From Macrostomum hystrix (lineage: Eukaryota; Animalia; Platyhelminthes): 64,000 bases of DNA. Shown here piece by piece: positions 11,429 to 22,300 of the stretch. The notes below the pieces were generated by a model. That model worked only from the letters and a program-made list of their open reading frames with translations. It was not told the DNA's origin and did no database searches. Both the position numbers and the translations under genes were made by a program. The stretch covers positions 15,686,001 to 15,750,000 of the forward strand of contig CATNEN010000003.1 in assembly GCA_950097015.1 (NCBI GenBank), written 5' to 3'. Numbering within the stretch: the first letter of the stretch is position 1; each line of letters begins with the position of its first letter.

Positions 11429-11855
11429 GTCAATAAACCATTCTTATTCATATTTGTGCAGCTGTGCAGATGAAATTGTAATTGTGACTCGTAGGTGGAC
11501 CCATCTCTCACCGAAGCTGAGCCGAGTTGCTCGTTCAGAATTGCTATCCAGCCCGTTCCACACCCGGACAGGCGAAACAATGAAGTCCTGCAGCATGTCA
11601 ACCATCCACCAGGGCGTATAGCATCAGCCTGATTGGTGTGGAAGCATAGGCCTACGTTAGTACCGTCACTGTTTCCGTCGTTGCCATTACTGGCATCGAC
11701 CATAGTACCTAACACTGATGAAATCTTTGCAGGACTGCCTTTCAACATCATGCTGATGCTCTGAGCGCCTGCGAATGGTAAACATTAACCAATTTAGCGT
11801 CTTTAAAAATAAACGATATTAAATAGCCACCATTATAGACACATTTCCTCTGCTC

Positions 11856-12147
11856 GCAGCCAGCGAGGAGGCAATTCTGCCCATTTCGCTGACTCCTGAA
11901 CACACACGCACAAAGATACTGTACGCAGGCTACGCTAACACAGGTGTGTACATCTGCCCTGACTTTCTATTGTCAGGCAGTGTACACTCACACTGTGCCT
12001 TGGAGGTTGGCCCTCAAGGGCGTAAATTGCACGACAAGCCCGCAAGCCTTCTCTACGCGACTGCGCCCCAAATAAATGTGGCCTCGCCGTGGAATCGAAC
12101 TTAGGGACCTTGGTGCGAGAGGCAAACGCGATAACCGCTCTGCCACC
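11856..12147 (-). mobile_element. tRNA-derived SINE family A, full length (about 290 bp)
   Basis: Minus strand GGTGGCAGAGCGGTTATCGCG...AAGTTCGATTCC (A and B boxes). The body recurs near 28570, 47308, 49125 and 52365. Confidence 0.88.
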
Positions 12148-13396
12148 GACCCCCTCTCGACGATGCTTACGTCGGACGGATTTGAAAGTTAGGTCATCGT
12201 CAAGGACGGAAAATTTGGATCCAATTTGGGCGGTTTGGGAGCTATCGTGAAGTAGGCAGTGTGTCTTCACCAATAGCGTGCTCTTTCTATATCTGAATAG
12301 GAACGTGTTCTGTACTTTTACCATGTATTTTTGTGGGCTATCGACAGTTTGGATTTGCCAAGGGGTGAAAAGGAAAGTGTAAGTTCCTATTTCTATTTAG
12401 CAGAACAATGTCTAACAAAACGGATCTAAAATTTCGCTCTCGCACTGCGGCCCTATTTTGTTTTACAAAATATCTATTATTCACGAAGACACCACGAGTT
12501 AGTGATTCAGGCGTTTGTACCAACATGAAGAAGTTTTAGAAAACTTTGGCGAGAGAGAGAATCTATATAACAACGTATTTAATTAGTAAGTGTCAGAAAA
12601 TTAAAATTAATGGGATAGAGTCTCAGCGATCATGGTCCATAAAAATCTATACACTTCTACATATAGAGTAGAGATTCTATTTTGTTTGAAATGTGTTATT
12701 CGAACAGGCTGACAACATAAGTCCTACATAGTTCTACTGGCATGGATCCATACAAAGTGCAAAGCATGTTGCCTCGCCTGAGAGGCCACACGGGCAAGAT
12801 GGTTCAAGAGGATGCAGGCATGAAGCGGATGATAAGGCCTGTGTACAATCGCTACACAAAGGAGTTGCCTAAATTTGTAGCACTGCCGTTCACCGTCTGT
12901 TTCAACTTTCCAGGCGAGTAATCATTGCTTTATCATTCGCGCTGTAGAACTACTAAAGGGCTCATTATAGCCAGCTGGAGGCACCTTGCTGACGGTGCTG
13001 ACGGCGTCGGGGTGGTGACTGTGTTGACAGACTAGGCGAGGGACCAGTGGTTTAGCTTCGCCCAATATTGAGGCTTGATCGGCGAAATTTAAATCAGGGG
13101 TATCCTTAGTCGGCTGGTGCCTTTGTTGAAGGTCCAGCAGCTCCGTCTAAATAGCGGCACGCCACATTCGGGTGACGTGCTGATAAATTTTGAGGCTAGC
13201 TCTTATTGGAAAAATCTGACCACCGGCCAGAACCGTTGAATATCTCGACGACCTAGAGGGCTGGTGACTTGGTTCTTGTTCCAGAAGATGCGCAACAAAA
13301 GTTGGCCCGTGTTCTTGAGTTTCGTGTGCTTGAGTTGCTTCGTTCGCTTGCAGAAAAAATAATTGTCTGGGGGATCTCGGGAGTTCGCATCTTTTT

Positions 13397-13918
13397 ATGC
13401 AACGAATTGTTATTCAACGAATGCTGAATGCGTATCGACACCTCTCCCCACCGCATCCTATTGAAGGCACATCGATCACTCACGCCGAAGTAAAAGCTTC
13501 CATTGAAAGCAAACTGGAACAGTTAGCAGGACAGTACGATATCACCAACATACAATTTCTGCCTCTAGCCAGCCTACTGAACCTCAAAGCCATGGACAAT
13601 CGTTGGCTAGTGTCCTTTAATAAGAACGAGCCAAAACTCGAACTGGTTAGATTCGGTTTGAAGCTACGCGGTGCCTACGTAGCCGTCCGCGACTACAGCG
13701 ACATTCAACGAGTGGAAATGGCCGTCTGGCAGATGGCCAATCCGGACAAATCCGAGAGCCTGCTAGGCACTGACAGCAGCCGACCCACAACGGGATTGGA
13801 GGGCTCGCTCGGATTTGGCACTGCTAGCGGAAGCACCGAGCTGGAGAAGGTCAAGAGAGCGCTGATGAAAAAGAGACCAACTTTTGCTGAACTCAGACCA
13901 TTGCTTGACGAGTGTTAA
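13397..13918 (+). CDS. Uncharacterised 173-aa ORF, possibly an RRM-like fold of the ZCCHC3/LINE-ORF1 type
   Basis: Non-repetitive ORF with coding-like composition and the motif DNRWLVSF..KLELVRFGLKLRG..VAVRDY. Start is uncertain and the upstream region looks degraded. Confidence 0.4.
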   Translation: MQRIVIQRMLNAYRHLSPPHPIEGTSITHAEVKASIESKLEQLAGQYDITNIQFLPLASLLNLKAMDNRWLVSFNKNEPKLELVRFGLKLRGAYVAVRDYSDIQRVEMAVWQMANPDKSESLLGTDSSRPTTGLEGSLGFGTASGSTELEKVKRALMKKRPTFAELRPLLDEC

Positions 13919-14033
13919 AGAGACTGGTACAAATCGTACTGTAAGACGCTGACGATACGCAGGCAGATAAGAAAAAACTAAATTGTAAGGGTTAAATTTG
14001 TAGCTTTTAATTTAGGACTCTATAATGCATTTC

Positions 14034-17000
14034 ATCCTGAGCAAGAGTGTGTCTTGAATCCTGAGCAAGAATGGGTCTTGAATCCTGAGCAAGAATGTGT
14101 CTTGAATCCTGAGCAAGAGTGTGTCTTGAATCCTGAGCAATAATGGGTCTTGAATCCTGAGCAAGAATGGGTCTTGAATCCTGAGCAAGAATGGGTCTTG
14201 AATCCTGAGCAAGAATGTGTCTTGAATCCTGAGCAAGAGTGTGTCTTGAATCCTGAGCAAGAATGTGTCTTGAATCCTGAGCAAGAATGTGTCTTGAATC
14301 CTGAGCAAGAGTGTGTCTTGAATCCTGAGCAAGAATGTGTCTTGAATCCTGAGCAAGAGTGTGTCTTGAATCCTGAGCAAGAATGGGTCTTGAATCCTGA
14401 GCAAGAATGGGTCTTGAATCCTGAGCAATAATGGGTCTTGAATCCTGAGCAAGAATGGGTCTTGAATCCTGAGCAAGAATGGGTCTTGAATCCTGAGCAA
14501 GAATGTGACTTGAATCCTGAGCAAGAATGTGTCTTGAATCCTGAGCAAGAATGTGTCTTGAATCCTGAGCAAGAATGTGTCTTGAATCCTGAGCAATAAT
14601 GGGTCTTGAATCCTGAGCAAGAATGGGTCTTGAATCCTGAGCAAGAGTGTGTCTGGAATCCTGAACAAGAATGTGTCTTGAATCCTGAGCAAGAATGTGT
14701 CTTGAATCCTGAGCAAGAATGGGTCTTGAATCCTGATCAAGAATGTGTCTTGAATCCTGAGCAAGAGTGTGTCTTGAATCCTGAGCAATAATGTGTCTTG
14801 AATCCTGAGCAAGAATGTGTCTTGAATCCTGAGCAAGAATAGGTCTTGAATCCTGAGCAATAATGTGTATTGAATCCTGAGCAAGAATGTGTCTTGAATC
14901 CTGAGCAAGAATGTGTCTTGAATCCTGAGCAAGAATGTGTCTTGAATCCTGAGCAAGAATGGGTCTTGAATCCTGAGCAATAATGTGTCTTAAATCCTGA
15001 ACAAGAATGTGTCTTGAATCCTGAGCAAGAATGTGTCTTGAATCCTGAGCAAGAATGTGTCTTGAATCCTGAGCAAGAATGTGTCTTGAATCCTGAGCAA
15101 GAATGTGTCTTGAATCCTGAGCAAGAATGGGTCTTGAATCCTGAGCAATAATGTGTCTTAAATCCTGAACAAGAATGTGTCTTGAATCCTGAGCAAGAAT
15201 GTGTCTTGAATCCTGAGCAATAATGTGTATTGAATCCTGAGCAAGAATGTGTCTTGAATCCTGAGCAAGAATGTGTCTTGAATCCTGAGCAAGAATGTGT
15301 CTTGAATCCTGAGCAAGAATGGGTCTTGAATCCTGAGCAATAATGTGTCTTAAATCCTGAACAAGAATGTGTCTTGAATCCTGAGCAAGAGTGTGTCTTG
15401 AATCCTGAGCAAGAATGGGTCTTGAATCCTGATCAAGAATGTGTCTTGAATCCTGAGCAAGAGTGTGTCTTGAATCCTGAGCAAGAATGTGTCTTGAATC
15501 CTGAGCAAGAATGTGTCTTGAATCCTGAGCAAGAATGGTCTTGAATCCTGAGCAAGAGTGTGTCTTGAATCCTGAGCAAGAATGTGTCTTGAATCCTGAG
15601 CAAGAGTGTGTATTGAATCCTGAGTAAGAATGGGTCATGAATCCTGAGAAAAAATGTGTCTTGAATCCTGAGCAAGAATGGGTCTTGAATCCTGATCAAG
15701 AATGTGTCTTGAATCCTGAGCAAGAGTGTGTCTTGAATCCTGAGCAATAATGTGTCTTGAATCCTGAGCAAGAATGTGTCTTGAATCCTGAGCAAGAATG
15801 GGTCTTGAATCCTGAGCAATAATGTGTATTGAATCCTGAGCAAGAATGTGTCTTGAATCCTGAGCAAGAATGTGTCTTGAATCCTGAGCAAGAATGTGTC
15901 TTGAATCCTGAGCAAGAATGGGTCTTGAATCCTGAGCAATAATGTGTCTTAAATCCTGAACAAGAATGTGTCTTGAATCCTGAGCAAGAATGTGTCTTGA
16001 ATCCTGAGCAAGAATGTGTCTTGAATCCTGAGCAAGAATGTGTCTTGAATCCTGAGCAAGAGTGTGTCTTGAATCCTGAGCAAGAGTGTGTCTTGAATCC
16101 TGATCAAGAATGTGTCTTGAATCCTGAGCAAGAGTGTGTCTTGAATCCTGAGCAAGAATGTGTCTTGAATCCTGAGCAAGAGTGTGTCTTGAATCCTGAG
16201 CAAGAATGTGTCTTGAATCCTGAGCAAGAATGTGTCTTGAATCCTGAGCAAGAATGTGTCTTGAATCCTGAGCAAGAATGTGTCTTGAATCCTGAGCAAG
16301 AATGTGTCTTGAATCCTGAGTAAGAATGGGTCATGAATCCTGAGAAAAAATGTGTCTTGAATCCTGAGCAAGAATGGGTCTTGAATCCTGATCAAGAATG
16401 TGTCTTGAATCCTGAGCAAGAGTGTGTCTTGAATCCTGAGCAAGAATGGGTCTTGAATCCTGAGCAAGAATGTGTCTTGAATCCTGAGCAAGAATGTGTC
16501 TTGAATCCTGAGCAAGAATGTGTCTTGAATCCTGAGCAAGAGTGTGTCTTGAATCCTGAGCAAGAATGTGTCTTGAATCCTGAGCAAGAATGTGTCTTGA
16601 ATCCTGAGCAAGAATGTGTCTTGAATCCTGAGCAATAATGGGTCTTGAATCCTGAGCAAGAATGTGTCTTGAATCCTGAGCAATAATGGGTCTTGAATCC
16701 TGAGCAAGAATGGGTCTTGAATCCTGAGCAAGAATGTGTCTTGAATCCTGAGCAAGAATGTGTCTTGAATCCTGAGCAAGAATGGGTCTTGAATCCTGAG
16801 CAAGAATGGGTCTTGAATCCTGAGCAAGAATGTGTCTTGAATCCTGAGCAAGAATGGGTCTTGAATCCTGAGCAAGAATGTGTCTTGAATCCTGAGCAAG
16901 AATGTGTCTTGAATCCTGAGCAAGAATGGGTCTTGAATCCTGAGCAAGAATGTGTCTTGAATCCTGAGCAAGAATGGGTCTTGAATCCTGATCAAGAATG

Positions 17001-18016
17001 TGTCTTGAATCCTGAGCAAGAGTGTGTCTTGAATCCTGAGCAAGAATGTGTCTTGAATCCTGAGCAAGAATGTGTCTTGAATCCTGAGCAAGAATGTGTC
17101 TTGAATCCTGAGCAATAATGGGTCTTGAATCCTGAGCAATAATGGGTCTTGAATCCTGAGCAAGAATGTGTCTTGAATCCTGAGCAATAATGGGTCTTGA
17201 ATCCTGAGCAAGAATGTGTCTTGAATCCTGAGCAAGAGTGTGTCTTGAATCCTGAGCAAGAATGTGTCTTGAATCCTGAGCAATAATGGGTCTTGAATCC
17301 TGAGCAATAATGTGTCTTGAATCCTGAGCAAGAGTGTGTCTTGAATCCTGAGCAAGAATGTGTCTTGAATCCTGAGCAATAATGGGTCTTGAATCCTGAG
17401 CAAGAATGTGTCTTGAATCCTGAGCAAGAATGTGTCTTGAATCCTGAGCAAGAGTGTGTCTTGAATCCTGAGCAAGAATGTGTCTTGAATCCTGAGCAAT
17501 AATGGGTCTTGAATCCTGAGCAAGAATGTGTCTTGAATCCTGAGCAAGAATGTGTCTTGAATCCTGAGCAAGAGTGTGTCTTGAATCCTGAGCAAGAATG
17601 TGTCTTGAATCCTGAGCAATAATGGGTCTTGAATCCTGAGCAAGAATGTGTCTTGAATCCTGAGCAAGAATGTGTCTTGAATCCTGAGCAAGAATGGGTC
17701 TTGAATCCTGAGCAAGAATGGGTCTTGAATCCTGAGCAATAATGTGTCTTGAATCCTGAGCAAGAATGTGTCTTGAATCCTGAGCAATAATGTGTCTTGA
17801 ATCCTGAGCAAGAATGTGTCTTGAATCCTGAGCAAGAATGGGTCTTGAATCCTGAGCAAGAATGTGTCTTGAATCCTGAGCAAGAATGTGTCTTGAATCC
17901 TGAGCAAGAATGTGTCTTGAATCCTGAGCAAGAATGGGTCTTGAATCCTGAGCAAGAATGTGTCTTGAATCCTGAGCAAGAATGTGTCTTGAATCCTGAG
18001 CAAGAATGTGTATTGA
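14034..18016. repeat. 24-bp satellite (GTCTTGAATCCTGAGCAAGAATGT), about 165 copies, intergenic
   Basis: Direct periodicity over about 4 kb with a small set of recurring variants. Confidence 0.98.
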
Positions 18017-19332
18017 AGCAAAACAAATAGGAAATTAAAGCAAAACATTTCACGGTGCGTCCACAAATTGTTCACATAAAAGAACAGAATTTTGTTGTGA
18101 TTTATTTTTTATTTAATATTTGCGGTTTTAGTAAAGTAAAAGGCAACCCCTTATTCAGGTTAAATGGAAAAGAAAGAGACTATGCAACTTGATTTTATAT
18201 AATTTCCCGACAATAACAGAAAAAAAGATAAATTATCCTTTTGGTTTGAGTACTTAGATGATTAGGTTAAAAAAAGCGACACAACCATTCAGACGGGAAC
18301 TGACACTAAAAAAGTTGAATTCGAAAAGAAAATAAACTCGAGAATATGCTTTTAACGGAAAAAATATAATTGAAACAGAAAAGACGCAATTAACGAAAAA
18401 AATAAATTATAAATGTCGACTCAAGCACGACCAAAGCGCCGTCACTGGGTGATTGGGACTTGAACTAATTGAAAAAAATAAAAAGCGATCCTTGAGAGAT
18501 ACGTTATTATTTTTGAACTGGGTTATAGACCAGATTTTGCAGACAGCAGGCATCAGCAGCAGCGGTTAGCAACAACACAAAAAATAAGAAACCATTTCAA
18601 CCGCACTGTTAATTAAACGCAATTCAACATTTATCCGATATTAGACTACTAAATAAGTAGCATGTCCCAGAAGTTTTTATTTTATTTCCATAACTAAACA
18701 TGTGCATGGCTAATTGTGCATGCATGTTAACTGAACACAAAAAGATGGATTTTAAATTAATAGAGCAACTAATGCGGTTCGGTGGAAAAACACAAACAGA
18801 AACACTAATAAATTGATCATTATATTCTACCGGCCATTCTATTTATAGCATACTTATATATCAATAATAACTTGAATGCCGCCGTTATTATGTTATTAAA
18901 ACTAACTCGTTATAAATAAACAAAATTTAATAATGTTTTTATTTGCCAATACAAGTTTCGTCGCCAATTGAAAATGGTTAGAAGCTGGTTAAACTATCAA
19001 GTTTCCTATATTATTAAAACAATTATAAATAAATTTAGAATCCACTACTGAGTTGTAGAGTTTAAACTAGTAGTATAATAAAATGTTTAACAGCTCCGGA
19101 ACCATGCGCACAAACTTAGAGAATGTGCAATAAACAATGGCGAGTCATTAGGAGGCAGATTTCATAGAAAAAAATTGAATGCATTAACGAAATGAAAAAT
19201 AAAAAAACAGGCCCATATTTACCAGAAGAAGTAATATATATTCTCTTGTCGTGTCCCACTAACAAGATTGATCTAGTAGTCCCAGATAAGTTTCGCCTAC
19301 TGTCGAACTGATCTGTTGTCCAAATAAAAACT

Positions 19333-22300
19333 TTAGGGCGCCACGCGACTTTGCAAGGCCGCCTGTTGCTGTTCGGTGAGGTGGGGCCAGCAGGCCTTCA
19401 CAGCCTCCGGATTGGCCAAAACCTGGCGAGCGATTGCTACTAGCCTGGCCTGGGTTGGCTTCTCTTCGTCTAGGGCCTCGCGGTGAAGGCATTCGCCGAT
19501 GATGGCTAGAATCCTAGGCACATTCTGATTGTTTGGCCCGAGAATGTGCGGATCGTTGCTATCAGGTGGGAGATATTAGGAGGATGGGTAGATAAGTTGA
19601 ACATTTATTAATTATTTTGCCGTTAGAAAGTCTGCCGTCAAAAGTACAAAACTATCCGTTACTTTAGCTAGCAGTCTGAAAGCAATTTTAGCTGACTTAA
19701 TTTGTAGAAAATTGATGCCTAATATTCCATGCCTACAAAGAAACTATTAATTAAATGAAGTAGTAATAAGTAGTAAATAGTAGTAAATAAATCCGTTATT
19801 GTGTTACTAACCGTTCAATCAGATCGCAAAGGAATCCGTAGACGTGTTCAGTCTCTTCGTGATCCTCAGACACTGGGAGCCAGCTAAGCCACAGAGGCAG
19901 AATCTGTTCAGGTGTCTGGCCGGCCACTTCAGGCGGGCAGTACTTCAAGATCTTCGTAGCGGTCGCGATGGCATTCTCCGTACAGCTGACATTGTCCTCG
20001 TTGCGCGACTCCGGCGCAGCGATCATCTGGGCTAGGAATGGCATCATCTGGCTCAGTGTAGGGTGATACTGCGAGCCGCCGTACTGAGCGGCGACGCCTA
20101 GGCCGTAGAGAGCGGCCTGACGCAGATCCGGCTCGGTGTGGACAGCCGATGATACCATGCGAGGCAGGAACACCTGGGGGGGAGTGTTGGGTCACGTGTC
20201 AGGCTAAAGTGCAGCTTTCAATAAGTACAGCCTCTGTATCGGATACTCATATGGGTCATGCTTTTTAAATGATGGGTCATTCTTTTTAAATGATGGGTCA
20301 TGCTTTTTAAGTGATGGGTCATGCTTTTTAATGGATGGGTCATGCTTTTGAAACGATGGGTCATGCTTTTTATTGGATGGATCATGCTTTCTATTTAATG
20401 GGTCATGCTTTTTATTGCATGGGTCATGTTTTTTATTGCATGGGTCATGTTTTTTATTGCATGGGTCATGTTTTTTATTGCATGGGTCATGTTTTTTATT
20501 GCATGGGTCATGTTTTTTATTGCATGGGTCATGTTTTTTATTGGATGGGTCATGCTTTTTATTGGATGGGTCATGTTTTTATTGGATGGGTCATGTTTTT
20601 TATTGGATGGGTCATGTTTTTATTGGATGGGTCATGTTTTTATTGGATTGGTAATGCTTTTTAAATGATGGGTCATGCTTTTTAAATGATGGGTCATGCT
20701 CTTTAAATGATGGGTCATGCTCTTTAAATGATGGGTCATGCTCTTTAAATGATAGTTCATGCTTTTTAATGGATAGGTCATGCTACAATATAGATGGGTC
20801 ATGCTACAATTTAGATGTTTCATACTACAATTTTTATAAATCATGCTACAATTTTGATAAGTTATGCTCAATTTTAAAATAGGTCACGCTCCTTTTGAAA
20901 TGTATTAGACATATTTAAAATTGGTGATGCTTCAATTAAAATGGGTCATACTCATATTAAGGTCGGTAATTTAATATTGTGTCATATTAAGACAGATCTT
21001 AATTCCATTAACAAATGCTATGATCCTAATTAGTCAAAATCCTAGTACTAGGCATTAAGTTAATATGCGCAGAGCAGCGAGAGCTCAACTCACTTCCTGA
21101 TACCGAAAGCTAGCCGGTCCCAAGTGTTCAATAACATCGTCGAAGATGCACACACCCCATTGCCAGTCGAGCCAGGAGCGGCTCTCGTCCAACAGCTGAG
21201 CAATGAGAGGCAGCAGACGCTGCAGCTGGGGCTCAAACTGCAGCTTGTAGGTACTGAGCAGAGCGTGTAGAACGTCGGCCACGCGGGACAGTACATACTC
21301 GTCGTCTTCGCCTTCGGTTTTCAATCGTTCCTCTTCGACATCGTCGTAGTCTTCGTCGTGCCTGGCAGCTTGACGCTTTTCGGCCTTTTCAAAGTGCGAT
21401 TTTAACAGCTTCTCTAGCAGCTCCAGGCAGGCGTCCATGCCGTCTTCAAGGCAGCCTGCACCCATGGCTTCGATGCACTGGGCAAGACTGCTGAGTCCGT
21501 CGGCTTGAACTTCGGGCTCGGGTTCGTCGGCGATAGCGGCAATTAGGCTGGGACGAATGTACCCCCACAGGTTGCCAAGAAAGGTTGGGCCTGCGAAGAA
21601 TGAAAATGGAAAACTTTTATCTATGCGCTCGCGCAATTAGTACTTAGTGCAAAATGTAATACAAATTGTAGTTTTTTGGTTGAGAACCATACTAACATTA
21701 TAAAAAATGGGCTATATTATGCTACCGGTATCATCGTGCCATTTTTTTTAAACTGTGATACAGGTATCATCGTGCCATTTTTGAAACTGGAATACAGTTA
21801 TCATCGTGCCATTTTTTTAAACTAGGGTACAGTTGTTTTACTTCCGTAACTAGGTTAACAGTAGTGTCATTTTGATAACTACTGTCTAGTAGTGCCATTA
21901 TCGTAACTAGGGTGCCATTCTGTAACTAGGGTCCAGTTGTGCCATATTTGTGACTCGGGTCCAGTTGTGCCATATTTGTGACTAGGGTCCAGTTGTGCCA
22001 TATTTGTGACTGGGGTCCAGTTGTGCCACATTTGTGACTCGGGTCCAGTTGTGCCATATTTGTGACTGGGGTCCAGTTGTGCCATATTTGTGACTAGGGT
22101 CCAGTTGTGCCATATTTGTGACTGGGGTCCAGTTGTGCCATATTTGTGACTAGGGTCCAGTTGTGCCATATTTGTGACTGGGGTCCAGTTGTGCCATATT
22201 TGTGACTGGGGTCCAGTTGTGCCATATTTGTGACTAGGGTCCAGTTGTGCCATATTTGTGACTCGGGTCCAGTTGTGCCATATTTGTGACTAGGGTCCAG

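Larger units (their letters stand above)
10181..11768 (-). pseudogene. F-type (fucolectin/FTP) lectin + PAN/Apple domain gene, disrupted. Exons 11768-11512, 10778-10569, 10464-10181
   Basis: Splicing gives GSPAKISS..ASNGNDGN..CFHT /frameshift near 11620/ PWWMVDM..VRVWN..D..ER..LCAYFG..ITCSEPIEGRYFTIY*(TAG at 10629-10627)..LCEIDIF, then the PAN-like SATHCALNCWEKSTCRYYLF..NCWLF. Intron phases are consistent. Confidence 0.8.

Noticed and set aside
14007-18075. Long ORFs (543, 708 and 353 aa) and a CRISPR-like appearance
   Set aside because: Stop-free frames of a 24-bp satellite. There are no unique spacers and no cas genes, and the context is eukaryotic.
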